A DNA stretch of 29,070 nt, from UHGV virus genome UHGV-1360357; one strand, written 5' to 3'. The DNA is from a virus. Below the pieces are notes generated by a model. The model saw only the letters and a list, made by a program, of their open reading frames with translations. It was not told where the DNA came from and did not search any database. Positions 16,862 to 27,377 of the stretch are shown piece by piece; within the stretch, counting starts at the first letter, position 1; every line of letters starts with the position of its first letter. The translations under genes were made by a program, and so were the position numbers.

Positions 16862-17554
16862 TTAAAACAACGAGCCAAGCAGGCCAAGTCCGCCGCCAAT
16901 TGCCGCACCTAATCCAGTGCCAAGTCCTGGAACAATAGAGCCAAGAGCAGCGCCAGTCATAGCCCCTGAAGCTCCGCCGCTAATTGCTGTCTGAAGACCT
17001 GATGGTTTATTGGCATTAGCAGCGGCAAGAGCCGCACTTTGCTGCGAAATCTGACTCATGTTGTTGGCATATGTCTGCCCGGCGTTTGCCTGACCTTGCA
17101 GTGCGCCAAGACCAATATTTGCCAGATTCTGGTAGTTGTTCATCTGACCAGACAGCCACTGCTGACCAAGCGTTGGTGCGATTGTTGCTAACTGATTACC
17201 GGTTGCAGTGGAACCCAATCCACCTGTTGCTTCCGCTGCCGCCAGACTCTGATAGCGAGCCTGACCAGCAAGATCTTTGTACTGCTGAGAGTTGTAATAC
17301 TGGTTAAGTGCCTGACCTTGCCCCTGAAGAGAGGAAAGATTCTGCAATTGTGATACGTACTGCTGAGCGAGTGGCGTGAACGGAGCAAGGTTTTTCATGA
17401 TCGTCTGCCACTGCTGATTCTGCAGGTCTGCGGCATACTTCTGAGCTTCTGCTGCATACTTTGCGCTTTTATCGGACCCACCTTTCCCGCCTTTTTCAGG
17501 GCAATAAGGTTCCTCGCCGCGCAGTTTTCTGCCCAGCTTAAATGCATATAACAT
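16862..17554 (-). CDS. ejection protein, P22 gp7 homolog
   Basis: 230 aa; N-terminus MLYAFKLGRKLRGEEP; Gly/Ala-rich C-terminus; synteny. Confidence 0.8.
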   Translation of the reverse strand: MLYAFKLGRKLRGEEPYCPEKGGKGGSDKSAKYAAEAQKYAADLQNQQWQTIMKNLAPFTPLAQQYVSQLQNLSSLQGQGQALNQYYNSQQYKDLAGQARYQSLAAAEATGGLGSTATGNQLATIAPTLGQQWLSGQMNNYQNLANIGLGALQGQANAGQTYANNMSQISQQSAALAAANANKPSGLQTAISGGASGAMTGAALGSIVPGLGTGLGAAIGGGLGLLGSLF

Positions 17555-17556
17555 GG

Positions 17557-18012
17557 CTATCTCCCGTGATTCAGGAAGTCGATTAGTTCTTCGCGTGTGG
17601 CGCTGTAAAAAGTCACGTCATCCACGCCTTTGAAGTATTTCTTGATGGTTCCTACACGCTTAAGGCCAATCATTGCGCAGTACATCTGACCGTGGCGGAA
17701 TTTGCGTGCAGCGAACGATGTTACGCACTGAACGGTGGTGTTAGTCAGAATGTATCGCCAGAACGCCAGCCCGATTTCCTTGCTGAATCCACGAATCTCT
17801 GGCAGGTACATGGCGTGGCAATCGAATGTCAGCGGCTGAATCTCATGATAGTAAACAATGCCGCCGAACTGCCCGTGCACGTTCACCTCAAAGTAACGGC
17901 AATCATGTTTATAGTCGTATCCATCACCGTTGTTGCTCCCGGCAATAATGTCAGGGTGATTTCCGACTGCTTCGATCAAGTCGATGTTTCGCGTTGGTTT
18001 GAACTGAATCAT
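17557..18012 (-). CDS. P22 gp14 homolog (tail-associated assembly/ejection protein)
   Basis: 151 aa; [51 protein letters not shown]... matches gp14 as recalled. Confidence 0.8.
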   Translation of the reverse strand: MIQFKPTRNIDLIEAVGNHPDIIAGSNNGDGYDYKHDCRYFEVNVHGQFGGIVYYHEIQPLTFDCHAMYLPEIRGFSKEIGLAFWRYILTNTTVQCVTSFAARKFRHGQMYCAMIGLKRVGTIKKYFKGVDDVTFYSATREELIDFLNHGR

Positions 18013-18965
18013 TACTGCTCCGCGATTATCTTGATGGTTGTGGCAGTAAACGCCGCACCATTCGACTGAATGGTTAACGTACTGCCATTTGTGGCAAGAA
18101 AGCCGTCTTTATCCACACTGAAGAACGTAGCTAACAGGATGTTGTCGGTTGTTGTCGCCGCATTACGACTGCTTACCAGTGTGTCAGGAACAGAACCGGA
18201 AAATGTTAGCTGCATTGACCTGTTGGCGGTTCCGCTGGGCCACGTCCCGACAATCGACAGCTTGAAGAACAGGGTTTTGTTCTCGTTGAACACAACCATC
18301 TTGTTGTTAACGGTGTCGAAGAATGGTGCCAACGTGCCGGATGACGGCGTGAACGTTTTCAGCAGGCTAACAAGGTTGGTAGGCGCTGTCGGAATTGTTA
18401 CCGATACCCCTGAGTAAACAACCTCTGATTTCTTGCGCGTGGTGGCATACTCAAGCGCAGATATTCTTGTTGAGTGATCACCAACTGTGCTTTGTAGCGT
18501 CGAAATACTTCCCTCTGCCGCTGTGAGCCTGGTATCAAGTGCGTCGATATCGGTTGTATTCTGAGTTATGCGCGCATCATGGTTTGCTAACTCAGATTCA
18601 TTGGCAGCAATTCTCGTCTCGTGATCAGCCAACTCTGTTTCAGCAGCCGTAATCCTTGTTTCATGATCTGCAAGAGTGCTTTCCGCTGCTGCAATTCTAT
18701 GCTCATGATTGATGAGAGTTTCTTCAGCTGCTTCAATTCTGGATTCATGGTCTGCAAGGGTGACATCCTGCTCATCGTTCCTGACCTGTGCATCATAAGC
18801 GCCCTGTCCGGCCTCGTTGGCTTTGTTAGCCACGTTACCAACATCAGTACCCTGTGCGATAACGTAAAGCAGATATGACTGCGAGAAGATATTGCGTGGA
18901 AGGACTGATGTGTCGAGCCGTGTAGCCTGAATGATTACCGGCACATTGAGATTCGAATCCGCCAT
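18012..18965 (-). CDS. tail needle protein (P22 gp26 family) with extended coiled coil and C-terminal knob-like domain
   Basis: 317 aa; N-terminus [43 protein letters not shown] as in gp26; heptad repeats LADHETRI...; C-terminal ~140 aa beta-rich domain absent from P22 gp26 (Sf6/HK620-like knob). Confidence 0.85.
   Translation of the reverse strand: MADSNLNVPVIIQATRLDTSVLPRNIFSQSYLLYVIAQGTDVGNVANKANEAGQGAYDAQVRNDEQDVTLADHESRIEAAEETLINHEHRIAAAESTLADHETRITAAETELADHETRIAANESELANHDARITQNTTDIDALDTRLTAAEGSISTLQSTVGDHSTRISALEYATTRKKSEVVYSGVSVTIPTAPTNLVSLLKTFTPSSGTLAPFFDTVNNKMVVFNENKTLFFKLSIVGTWPSGTANRSMQLTFSGSVPDTLVSSRNAATTTDNILLATFFSVDKDGFLATNGSTLTIQSNGAAFTATTIKIIAEQ
18567..18776. repeat. five imperfect tandem 42-nt repeats (14-aa double heptads) inside the tail needle gene
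   Basis: DNA units such as aattctcgtctcgtgatcagccaactctgtttcagcagccgt / aatccttgtttcatgatctgcaagagtgctttccgctgctgc recur with 42-nt period; encode [70 protein letters not shown]. Confidence 0.6.
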
Positions 18966-20383
18966 TACTCAATCCTTATCTGGCAGCCAGACAGAGTGAC
19001 AGGTGACTTCGTGATAACGCGCAATTTGAAGCCGACATTTTTCCTGATGCGCCCGACTCGCTTCCACAAAACGCGTTTGTCGTAAACGAACGGTTCATTC
19101 TGCTCAATCATCTGCTCACGCCCGTAATTGATGCCGTCAGTAGTTGCAGAGAGGAACAGGCGGTCAGCATACTGCGCAACGCCAGTTGAAGATTCAACTT
19201 CAAGGTCGAAAACTCTGGCGTTATCCGCTTTGAACAACGGAGTAAACAGCAGGTGTTCCTGTTGCTTGTCGTACTGGCTGCTGATATCGAATTGCAATTT
19301 CCCGGTCACGGACTCCAGCTTGTCGCCGCACGTTATCTGATTGCCTTCGTAAATGAAGTCGATAGCGCGGTACACATCGTCATACAGGCCTGTTTTCAGT
19401 ACACACCATTGCGGACCATTAGCGCTTGAAGATGCGTCATACACTAGGACGTGGCGCGGCAGGTGGATAATCAGCAACTCATGAGCATCAAAGCGCAACG
19501 ATTCCATCACGCCATCAGCCAGTTCATCAGCAGTGTAGGAGCGGAGGATTTTCTCAATGCTCGCACTGGCGATTGGTGATACCTGACCGGAACCGATGAT
19601 GTACACAGACGGCGCACCCGTTGCCGGATTACTGATGAACGCATACGAATCAGCAAACGGCGTTTTGCAGTAAGTCCCGGCAATGCCTTTCTGCACCATC
19701 AGCGATGGCTGGGCGACATACAAAGCAGCACCAACGGTGGTTGCACCAGTCAGGGAAAAATACTCAATCGTCGATGAACCAAAGCAGACGATGAAGTCTC
19801 GCCATGTTCCGATGCCGATGATGCCGTCAGGCTGAGACTCAGCACGATATTGTGCGCTGTATCGGTCAGGATGTGATTCGTCTTCAAGGTCAGTGATAAA
19901 CCATGAATCAGTGCCGTCTTTTGACCACGCATAACGCCCACGTAAACGCGTAATGTCGCGAACCGAACCTAACTCATACTGTGTGAATCCGCTGTCTGTA
20001 GGCCAGTTTGAGACTGTTTTAACTGTGCCATCATAGCGGTATTCGACCAGTTGCCCGTTAACACCTACCGCCTGTGATGTCCGACCATGTGCCATTGATA
20101 CGCGACCACTTCCGGCAACGTCACCGACTTCACTTTCGCCTTTGTAGAGCTTGCCACCACACACACGATAAACAGCATTCTGCGCCATGTTGTACTCGAC
20201 GCCTCGAGATACACCGTTCACATCAGAACGTTTGGCAATGCCCGGGAATGAGCGAAGATATCCGCTGCTGTTGAGGATTTCTTTGGGTGTAGCCAACATA
20301 TTCACTGGCAGATAGTCGATATAGTCGGCGTTTCTAAAGTCTTTGCCGACGCCTTTCATGAGCGGAAGTTGCTGAATCGGCAT
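18965..20383 (-). CDS. tail hub protein, P22 gp10 homolog
   Basis: 472 aa; near-identical along its length to P22 gp10 as recalled ([49 protein letters not shown]...). Confidence 0.9.
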   Translation of the reverse strand: MPIQQLPLMKGVGKDFRNADYIDYLPVNMLATPKEILNSSGYLRSFPGIAKRSDVNGVSRGVEYNMAQNAVYRVCGGKLYKGESEVGDVAGSGRVSMAHGRTSQAVGVNGQLVEYRYDGTVKTVSNWPTDSGFTQYELGSVRDITRLRGRYAWSKDGTDSWFITDLEDESHPDRYSAQYRAESQPDGIIGIGTWRDFIVCFGSSTIEYFSLTGATTVGAALYVAQPSLMVQKGIAGTYCKTPFADSYAFISNPATGAPSVYIIGSGQVSPIASASIEKILRSYTADELADGVMESLRFDAHELLIIHLPRHVLVYDASSSANGPQWCVLKTGLYDDVYRAIDFIYEGNQITCGDKLESVTGKLQFDISSQYDKQQEHLLFTPLFKADNARVFDLEVESSTGVAQYADRLFLSATTDGINYGREQMIEQNEPFVYDKRVLWKRVGRIRKNVGFKLRVITKSPVTLSGCQIRIE

Positions 20384-20392
20384 TTATTCACC

Positions 20393-20854
20393 TCACGTAC
20401 TCGGATCATCTTTCTCGATGTAAAACCGATTCCACGTAAACGCGCTTTTGTTACCACTACCGCGAGGCATGTCATTTCGTCGCTCAAGTGGTGGTATTTT
20501 GGTTAAAGCGATACAGATTGTCTGATATGCACTGTCAGCAGCGGTCAGGAGAGCATCCGACGGCTGAATGACGTTATCCATGCACACTTGCACAGCGAGC
20601 TTCAAAGCGACGCCATCATTTGCCCATGCAGGGATACCTGAATCATCGTCAGGTAACGGCATGATGCCGTTTTCTGTATCCGCAAACTGATATCCAAGCT
20701 CGATACCTTTCGCCTGCCATGCTGCCATCATGTCTTCGAGGTCATTAATGGCATCTTCAATTGCCTGAGGGTCGGCATCTGTCAACGTGGCATTGGAATA
20801 CAGCCCGGCTTTTCGTAAAGCCTTAAGAACGAGATCACCCTTCGTTTTCGCCAT
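20393..20854 (-). CDS. head-to-tail adaptor, P22 gp4 homolog
   Basis: 153 aa; MAKTKGDLVLKALRKAGLYSNATLTDADPQAIEDAINDLEDMMAAW aligns with the gp4 N-terminus. Confidence 0.85.
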   Translation of the reverse strand: MAKTKGDLVLKALRKAGLYSNATLTDADPQAIEDAINDLEDMMAAWQAKGIELGYQFADTENGIMPLPDDDSGIPAWANDGVALKLAVQVCMDNVIQPSDALLTAADSAYQTICIALTKIPPLERRNDMPRGSGNKSAFTWNRFYIEKDDPST

Positions 20855-21023
20855 CTTCTTCCGCCTTAGCCACTTTTTGCTTCGTTGCGGTTTCTTCAGG
20901 AGTTTTTACCCAACCTTTTTTCAGGTGAGATTTAACTTCTTCGTCATCAACAATGATGTAATCGACAGCAAACTGACCACAGGTGATCATGTTGCCAGGC
21001 TTATAGAGCATTGTTCGTGCCAT
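20835..21023 (-). CDS. hypothetical small protein (62 aa) between coat and gp4
   Basis: ATG at 21023 (complement) with GGGAGAAG RBS just after the coat terminator hairpin; the track ORF extends upstream to a TTG inside the hairpin, which is unlikely. Confidence 0.4.
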   Translation of the reverse strand: MARTMLYKPGNMITCGQFAVDYIIVDDEEVKSHLKKGWVKTPEETATKQKVAKAEEDGENEG

Positions 21024-21029
21024 TGTCTT

Positions 21030-21060
21030 CTCCCAATAAAAATGGGGCCGAAGCCCCACC
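21030..21060 (-). terminator. hairpin plus T-run after the coat gene (partial terminator)
   Basis: On the - strand GGGGC-ttcg-GCCCC followed by ATTTTTATT immediately after the coat stop. Confidence 0.5.
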
Positions 21061-21064
21061 AAAA

Positions 21065-22318
21065 TTACTGCCCGGCAATAACGATGCCCGTATATTCAGG
21101 AACCAGTACAGAGCAACCGTACAGAGTGGTGAAACGCGCAGTGGTTACGCCTTTGATGTGGTCGAAGGCGTAAGACATGATCAGCGTAGCGCCCTGCTCG
21201 GTGGTTGCTGTCATTACCTGTGGGCCCTGACCAGTTGGGAACGCCAGTTTGCCGTACATCAGTTCAACAGAACCATCAGCCCAGAACAGGTTAGCCGGTG
21301 CGGCATTTTTGTTGAGAATGGTGATTGCTGCGCTACTTGCCGCATTAGCATCAACGTTTGCATATGGACGGCTGGCGACATCCGCGTTGTCAGGCGGCAG
21401 AATTTTCGGGGAGATAGTTACTGTCGTTCCGCTAACTGCCAGAACGCGGAATACCTGCGGCTGCCCGGTGGTATCTTTGGTGATCTGGTGTACAGAATTC
21501 ACCCCTGCGATGGTAAACGCATCGCCAACCTGCAAACCTTCAGCAGATACCGTAATGGTGCCCTGTCGGTTATCCACTGGCATATCGTTAGCATCTTTCG
21601 CTTCAACCTTGTGCGCAGGTGCTGCTGCCAGCGTAATGGAAGTTGCTGTACCCTTCGGAACACGACCAGAAATATCGGTCTTGTAGCTATCGAAGGACGC
21701 AACCGGAGGGATTTGCGCTTTTTCGTATGCTGTCAGGGTTGCGCCCTGAGCATAGGCACGGTGACCAAGCTCGCCAGCAAGGTCTTTGTAGTTGAAGGGG
21801 TTCCAGAAAGAGCGACGGTTGATACCCTGAGGTACACCAATCGCCGTCATGGTGGCATCAATACCTGCCGCACAGTTCCACAAATCACGGCCCTGTGAAC
21901 CTGTGGTTGAGTCAGCCATCGTGATCACGTTAGTAGCACGCTGCGTAACCATGGAAATCAGGTCAGAGTCAATCTGTGCAGCAAGGCGCATACCTGCGGC
22001 GCGACCAGCTTCAGTTTTATGTTCCGGGTCACGCATTTCACGCGCATCCAGAGTGTACAGAATGTTTTTCGGCTCCTTGAACACAGAAGGAACAAGGCGC
22101 TGAACCAGTGCTGTTGGCGTTTTGCTGCTGAGGTCGAGGCCTTCCTCAATATTCATGTGGTAATGCTGCGGACGATACAGAACATCACCTGCTCGCTGCA
22201 TTGCTGTATCACCGGGACGGAATTTTTTAGCGTTACGGGAAACTACGCAGGCGGCCTCAAAGCCTTCAACGTAGTTTTCGAACATGATTTCAAGGTCTTT
22301 TGCTAATTGGTTAGCCAT
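21065..22318 (-). CDS. major coat protein (P22 gp5 / Sf6 gp5 family)
   Basis: 417 aa; position after scaffold, size and general similarity to P22-like coat proteins; strong RBS. Confidence 0.85.
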   Translation of the reverse strand: MANQLAKDLEIMFENYVEGFEAACVVSRNAKKFRPGDTAMQRAGDVLYRPQHYHMNIEEGLDLSSKTPTALVQRLVPSVFKEPKNILYTLDAREMRDPEHKTEAGRAAGMRLAAQIDSDLISMVTQRATNVITMADSTTGSQGRDLWNCAAGIDATMTAIGVPQGINRRSFWNPFNYKDLAGELGHRAYAQGATLTAYEKAQIPPVASFDSYKTDISGRVPKGTATSITLAAAPAHKVEAKDANDMPVDNRQGTITVSAEGLQVGDAFTIAGVNSVHQITKDTTGQPQVFRVLAVSGTTVTISPKILPPDNADVASRPYANVDANAASSAAITILNKNAAPANLFWADGSVELMYGKLAFPTGQGPQVMTATTEQGATLIMSYAFDHIKGVTTARFTTLYGCSVLVPEYTGIVIAGQ

Positions 22319-22336
22319 GCTTAATGCTCCGATAGG

Positions 22337-23230
22337 TTATTTTTTTGCCTTTTTAGCGGCGAAATACGGCGTCCAGTCACCAGTTTCCAGCGCCTTGGCT
22401 TTCAGTTTGTCGAGGTTGTTGATTACTGCGCCGTTGCTCCCCTTAACTGTCGGGGTTGTGGCTGCCGTGGTTTTTGCTTTTGGCATGATTCTGGCCTTCG
22501 ATTCGATACGTTCCAGCAGACGACCAATTGCTACGGGGTTGGTAGCTTCTGCCAGTTGCTTGCGCAGTTCAGCGTTGCGACCGAGTGCCAGAACAACGAT
22601 TTCCGGCTTCTCTGACTCAAACAAGATCGCGTTTTGTGTCTCGATGGGGATTTCCTCTAGTACGGCCTGCTCAGCTTCCTGATAGCCAGGAACTTTGAGA
22701 GCCTTAACACGTTGCTGATATTTGGATAATCGCTCTTGATAGGCAGCCTGAAGCTCCTGCTCCTTCTGCTTGCGAGCCATCTCCTGTTGCTGGTACTTGC
22801 CGTTATCCTCTGCCCACTTAGCCATGCGTTGCTGGTAGATTTCTTCATCGAAACCGATGTCCTCATCATCCAGTTTTGGCATTCGCGGTGGTTGAGTGAT
22901 TACCGGCTGCTGCTCGACGGGTTTCTGAGACTGACGCATCAGCTCTTTCAGCTCACGGTCTTTCTCTTTAATCGTCTTGCGCAGGTGTTTTACCAGTCCA
23001 TGCTCTGCGCCATCTTCGCTGGTTGGCGAATCCAGCTTTTCGTCACCAAAGTAGAATTCCTGTTCTGATTCGTCGTCATCAGTTTCAGTAGCTTCCTCTA
23101 CATCATTGCCGGATGACTCACTGCCATCTTCTGTTTCGACTTCTTCAGCCAGTTCGACATCATCAGGAATCTGCTCTGACGCGTCGGTTTCGATTTCAAC
23201 TTCTGGTGTGTTTTCTGCCATCTGGTCCAT
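22337..23230 (-). CDS. scaffolding protein (P22 gp8-like)
   Basis: 297 aa; highly acidic N-terminus, Glu/Gln/Lys-rich helical middle, basic C-terminal helix-turn-helix-like tail (...LDKLKAKALETGDWTPYFAAKKAKK) like the gp8 coat-binding domain; synteny. Confidence 0.75.
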   Translation of the reverse strand: MDQMAENTPEVEIETDASEQIPDDVELAEEVETEDGSESSGNDVEEATETDDDESEQEFYFGDEKLDSPTSEDGAEHGLVKHLRKTIKEKDRELKELMRQSQKPVEQQPVITQPPRMPKLDDEDIGFDEEIYQQRMAKWAEDNGKYQQQEMARKQKEQELQAAYQERLSKYQQRVKALKVPGYQEAEQAVLEEIPIETQNAILFESEKPEIVVLALGRNAELRKQLAEATNPVAIGRLLERIESKARIMPKAKTTAATTPTVKGSNGAVINNLDKLKAKALETGDWTPYFAAKKAKK

Positions 23231-23320
23231 TTGTTACCCCTGTTTACTCGATGTTCAGCCCATCGGAAGGCAATAGGGTGCCAGGCCTCATAAAGACAGC
23301 CATTGCACGTTATGGGTTAA

Positions 23321-25519
23321 TTACTGCTGTGGTTGTTGCTGAGTTGATTTTTGCAGGATGCTGCTGATGTCCATGCGCTGCGCATGGCCATGTGCCTGAC
23401 TTTTCAGGACAAGCTCTGCATCAGCACGGGCATTGTCTCCTTGCTGTTGCTGGAACTGCCCGAGCAGTTTCAGAGCCTCGCGGATATCAGATTTCTGCTG
23501 GCTATCAGCAGATGCGAGGATTTTCACAACGTTTGCCGCTGCAACCTGAGCATCAGTCTGTGCCTGGAATGCTTTAACCTGAATGGCTGCCTGCTCGTTC
23601 TGCGCTTTCTGCAATTCAGCCTGACCAGCAAGAAGCTGACCTTGCGCAGCAACCATAGCCGGATCTGGCTGACTGGCCTGTTGTTGTTTCGCCTGCTCAA
23701 CCATCTGCTGTTCTTCTGGCGTTCTCGGCTTGATAACTCCAGACAGAAGCAACTGATTGCGGTTGTATTCTTTAAGGTCGTCCATCCCTTCGCCGTCCAT
23801 ATTGTCGAGGATCATCGACGATACAAGGTCGTGTTTCGGCGTTCCTGGCGGGATAAGTGCCAGCATGGAAAGTAACGACTTAACCGTTGCGTCACGGCGA
23901 GTAGCGAACGACTGACCGACATCGACAGTCACTTCATAGTTACCCTGAGAAAGGTCGTTAAGCGCGATAACCTGCCCTGTCTGACGGTCAACCACTTCAC
24001 CAGTCATCAGCGCCACGTCATCGCTGCCGTCCTCATTAACGATACGCATCGGCGTATCACTACCATAGACCTCACGTGCCATAGAAAGCCACACGACGCC
24101 AGCGCGACGCATGGATTTAGCCATGTTGTCCATGTAGATATAGGACTGCGTATCCATCCGGTTAAAAATGCTATCAACGGTATCGGTGGCGACGTTGCTC
24201 GGCATGTTCTCAAGCTGCGACGCACCTGTAATTTGCTGAATAGCCGTTCCGGTGTACTGCAATAGCCCGGCAAGAGCTGGCGGCATTTGTGTCGGAGGTG
24301 TCCAGCCAGCAACCTGAGCTTCTGAAATGACTGTTCCGTTTTTGTCCTTCTTGCTGGTCATAGGAAGAACTGCAGGTCTTTTCTTATTCCTCTCTGCCCA
24401 GTGATTCATTAATGGGCCGGGAATGAAATCAACATCCACGATAGGAATGCCATCACCGCCAGCCTGAGTAGCGTTATCTGCAATCATGGAAACCATCAGG
24501 TTCTCAAGACGCTGTGCATCCATCGCTTTTGCTGCGTGGCCTTCGATTCGCTCCTGATTATCAACAAATGAACGACGCCCATATACCGGGATGAGAGGAA
24601 TATGTTCGCCCGGAATACGCTTAGGTTCTTCCAGCCATTCAGCGCCAGACAGAAGACCGCAATAAACTCTGCGTTTCTTCACCGTCCGCTCACCGATCAG
24701 TTCGAATGCACCATCGGTTAGCTCATCGACAATATCTTTGATTTGATCTTCATCATAGATTGCCGTTTCTCCGCTAACAGGGTTGCGCCATGCCGTGAGC
24801 TTCACCTTCTCTATGCGAACTTCGTAGTAGCGCCCAACATAGATGGCATCTGGCGTTGACCAGTCATATTGAGTGCCAGTGTCATCACGAGAAAGGCTTG
24901 CCGCGATGGAATCAGGGTATTCAGCCTCAAACGCTTTAGGCGTCATGGAGAACATTTCCATAGCCCACATAGCATCAGAACGGTCATATTGCTTGCTGTC
25001 CTGATCGAAGAAGACGCATGTCGCTGGGTCGTAAACAGGAAGAAGGCTGATGCGTCGCTGCTCGTTACTCGGATCCATTTCATCTTCGTAATCGGCACAC
25101 ATGCGGAAACAACCGAATCCACCTGTTACGGCATCATCAAATGCGTTATCACACGCTTCGCCACCGGATGTTTCCTGATAGTCAGCGCGGAATTTGCCGT
25201 TCATTTTTTCGGCTAACGCTTCCGATGCCTTATCGTCCTTCGGCCTGAATTTAACGCTGATGCGATTCTGTCGATACTCGCCAATGATGCGATCACATTC
25301 ACGGGCAATCTTATTCAGTTCAAAGCGCGGGTAATGCTCAAACCTGCCTTCATCAAATGAGTAACCAGCGTTTGTGCTGCCTTCCCACTGTGCGCCGGAT
25401 ACCCGGACGAAACGTTGAGCCTCAATAATCTGCTCACGCATATCCTGCGTTGCTGACCAGGCATTATCAAAGTTGCACAGCACCTTGCGATGCCAGTCAG
25501 TCATCTTTTTTTCTGCCAT
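23321..25519 (-). CDS. portal protein (P22 gp1 family)
   Basis: 732 aa; alignable with P22 portal (EHIPLIPVYG, KPRTPEEQQ..., Gln-rich C-terminal barrel helix); synteny after large terminase. Confidence 0.9.
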   Translation of the reverse strand: MAEKKMTDWHRKVLCNFDNAWSATQDMREQIIEAQRFVRVSGAQWEGSTNAGYSFDEGRFEHYPRFELNKIARECDRIIGEYRQNRISVKFRPKDDKASEALAEKMNGKFRADYQETSGGEACDNAFDDAVTGGFGCFRMCADYEDEMDPSNEQRRISLLPVYDPATCVFFDQDSKQYDRSDAMWAMEMFSMTPKAFEAEYPDSIAASLSRDDTGTQYDWSTPDAIYVGRYYEVRIEKVKLTAWRNPVSGETAIYDEDQIKDIVDELTDGAFELIGERTVKKRRVYCGLLSGAEWLEEPKRIPGEHIPLIPVYGRRSFVDNQERIEGHAAKAMDAQRLENLMVSMIADNATQAGGDGIPIVDVDFIPGPLMNHWAERNKKRPAVLPMTSKKDKNGTVISEAQVAGWTPPTQMPPALAGLLQYTGTAIQQITGASQLENMPSNVATDTVDSIFNRMDTQSYIYMDNMAKSMRRAGVVWLSMAREVYGSDTPMRIVNEDGSDDVALMTGEVVDRQTGQVIALNDLSQGNYEVTVDVGQSFATRRDATVKSLLSMLALIPPGTPKHDLVSSMILDNMDGEGMDDLKEYNRNQLLLSGVIKPRTPEEQQMVEQAKQQQASQPDPAMVAAQGQLLAGQAELQKAQNEQAAIQVKAFQAQTDAQVAAANVVKILASADSQQKSDIREALKLLGQFQQQQGDNARADAELVLKSQAHGHAQRMDISSILQKSTQQQPQQ

Positions 25520-25520
25520 A

Positions 25521-26936
25521 TCAACCTACACCACAAGGAATTGAGTAACTGGAATAGTCGGGTTGCGCAGCCGACTCCGGGCAATGCATACACATCATCA
25601 GCGCATCAGCCAGGTTAGGAGATGGAATCCCGAGCTTCTGTTTCATTTCGACCTTAGTCATAAGCTCCAGCTTCCCGTTGTTATTGAATTTGCGCTGAAT
25701 CTGCGTCAGTTCTGCAAACAGCTTCTCCAGCATATTCTCGCCTATCGCTTCTTTGTCGAAACTCAGCATGTCGTCGGGGTCTGCATACTCACCGTAAACA
25801 ACCGCCCGATATGTCAGATACAGCCTGTCAGCCAGCGCGTAATAGAATTGCGCTCGCTTATTGCGGAACACATCACCAATAGTGCGAACGTTGTCGCCCT
25901 GTACGACTTCATCAGCCCATGCTCCGGCCTGATACGGCGCATCTTCATCGAATGGCGATTCACTGCCCTTGAACATCGTGGCGGTGATTTTCTTGCCGGA
26001 GAACGCTTCCGTTGTCTGTCTGCGTAGGCCCGCACCGACGCCATCACCATCCCACAGGTAATGGTCAGCGCCGTCTTCAATTGCCAGCGAAGTAGCCCAG
26101 TCAGCACCCTCGTTGATATCCATCAGCAGACCTTCGGCAATGCGCTTAACTACCGAACCGTGACGCGATGCATAACCTTTAGCATCTGGCCCTGTATCTG
26201 ATGGGTCATGCGCAGAGACAACAGCGCCTTTCGCTTTCCATCCGAGTTTCTTGTGCGCATCTGTTGCGGCTTCAAGCCATTCACGTTTGATGATTGCCAT
26301 ATCACTTGCGCTTACTGGCTCACCAAGCCAGATATGACGATACAGTGTCGGATTTCTGCGTTTGCACTCTTCCATCTCCAGACGGAGAACTTCAGGAAAG
26401 TGCGGGTTGTCGGTGTAGTTCACCGTCAGCAGACAAATATCATCAGGAGGATTTACGACGAATCGCTGATAGGTATCGTCGAGGATGTTCTTCGGGTTAA
26501 AGCTCACCCATATTTCAGAGAACGGCTTACGGATGGTTGGAATCAGGATATCCCATGATTCCTTCGTTACCGCTTCCGCTTCTTCCACCCAGCAGATATC
26601 AATGCCTTCGAGCGATTTAATCTTCGTCGGGTTGTTTTTGATGCCGTAGAACATGAATTCAGCATTCGTTCCGAGATGACGAATCATTGAGCGCTGAATT
26701 TCAAACTCAGCCGAATACCCTTCACGCTCGATGGTATCTTCAAGCAACCGGATTACCGAATCGCTGATACTGTTTTGCAGTTCACGAGCGCAGAGAATAC
26801 GCACAGGCTGCCGACGCGCCGCTTCAACAAGCAGCCTCGCAATTGCCCATGACTTACCGCTACCTCGACCGCCTTTGGCGACTTTGTAGCGATGCGCCTC
26901 AATGAACGGTTCAAAGATAGGATTAATCGAGGTCAT
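25521..26936 (-). CDS. terminase large subunit (Sf6 gp2-like)
   Basis: 471 aa; Walker A KGGRGSGKS, Walker B/catalytic ICWVEEAE, C-terminal RNase H-like nuclease domain. Confidence 0.9.
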   Translation of the reverse strand: MTSINPIFEPFIEAHRYKVAKGGRGSGKSWAIARLLVEAARRQPVRILCARELQNSISDSVIRLLEDTIEREGYSAEFEIQRSMIRHLGTNAEFMFYGIKNNPTKIKSLEGIDICWVEEAEAVTKESWDILIPTIRKPFSEIWVSFNPKNILDDTYQRFVVNPPDDICLLTVNYTDNPHFPEVLRLEMEECKRRNPTLYRHIWLGEPVSASDMAIIKREWLEAATDAHKKLGWKAKGAVVSAHDPSDTGPDAKGYASRHGSVVKRIAEGLLMDINEGADWATSLAIEDGADHYLWDGDGVGAGLRRQTTEAFSGKKITATMFKGSESPFDEDAPYQAGAWADEVVQGDNVRTIGDVFRNKRAQFYYALADRLYLTYRAVVYGEYADPDDMLSFDKEAIGENMLEKLFAELTQIQRKFNNNGKLELMTKVEMKQKLGIPSPNLADALMMCMHCPESAAQPDYSSYSIPCGVG

Positions 26937-27355
26937 TTTCCGAATAGAGTGCTCATCGGTGATGTTTCAATCTGAATTGCGCCGCCGTCCTTACCGACAA
27001 GCTCGTTAGTTACCCTGTCGCCATACTTACGGGGATTCATTCGGGCCAGCGCCCATTTGCGGGTATCAACGCGAAGTCTTGCCTTTGCCACCTCAGCAGC
27101 ATCTGGAATCGCATTGTCAGCAATTTCGAATATCTCTTCGAAAATAGAATCAGCTCGTGCCTCAGTTGCCTTCGCGTACTTGTCGCGAAAATCCTCATGC
27201 TTTGCCAACCAGCGGAAAACAGTGGACTTATCCGGCATACCAGGACGCTTACATACTTTCAGCAAACTTTCGCCAGAAGAAAGCAACGAGCAGATATCGT
27301 CAGCCACCTCCGGCATATAATCAGAGGGGCGACCAGCTTTTGGTTCAGTCGCCAT
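26933..27355 (-). CDS. terminase small subunit (Sf6 gp1-like); alternative start at 27361
   Basis: MATEPKAGRPSDYMPEVADDICSLLSSGESLLKVCKRPGMPDKSTVFRWLAKHEDFRDKYAKATEARADSIFEEIFEIADN... recognised as Sf6-type small terminase with N-terminal HTH; ATGA overlap with TerL. Confidence 0.8.
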   Translation of the reverse strand: MATEPKAGRPSDYMPEVADDICSLLSSGESLLKVCKRPGMPDKSTVFRWLAKHEDFRDKYAKATEARADSIFEEIFEIADNAIPDAAEVAKARLRVDTRKWALARMNPRKYGDRVTNELVGKDGGAIQIETSPMSTLFGK

Positions 27356-27377
27356 ATTCATCTCACTTAATTGTCAT

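Noticed and set aside
21011-21898. 295-aa + strand ORF (and the 21249-21686 ORF) antisense to the coat gene
   Set aside because: Lies entirely inside the well-supported coat gene on the opposite strand, has Cys/Arg-rich low-complexity composition and no RBS context; typical shadow ORF.
23351-23875. 174-aa + strand ORF antisense to the portal gene, and similar antisense ORFs at 24869-25216, 25563-26027 and 26208-26558
   Set aside because: Embedded in the portal and terminase genes on the opposite strand; no independent support.
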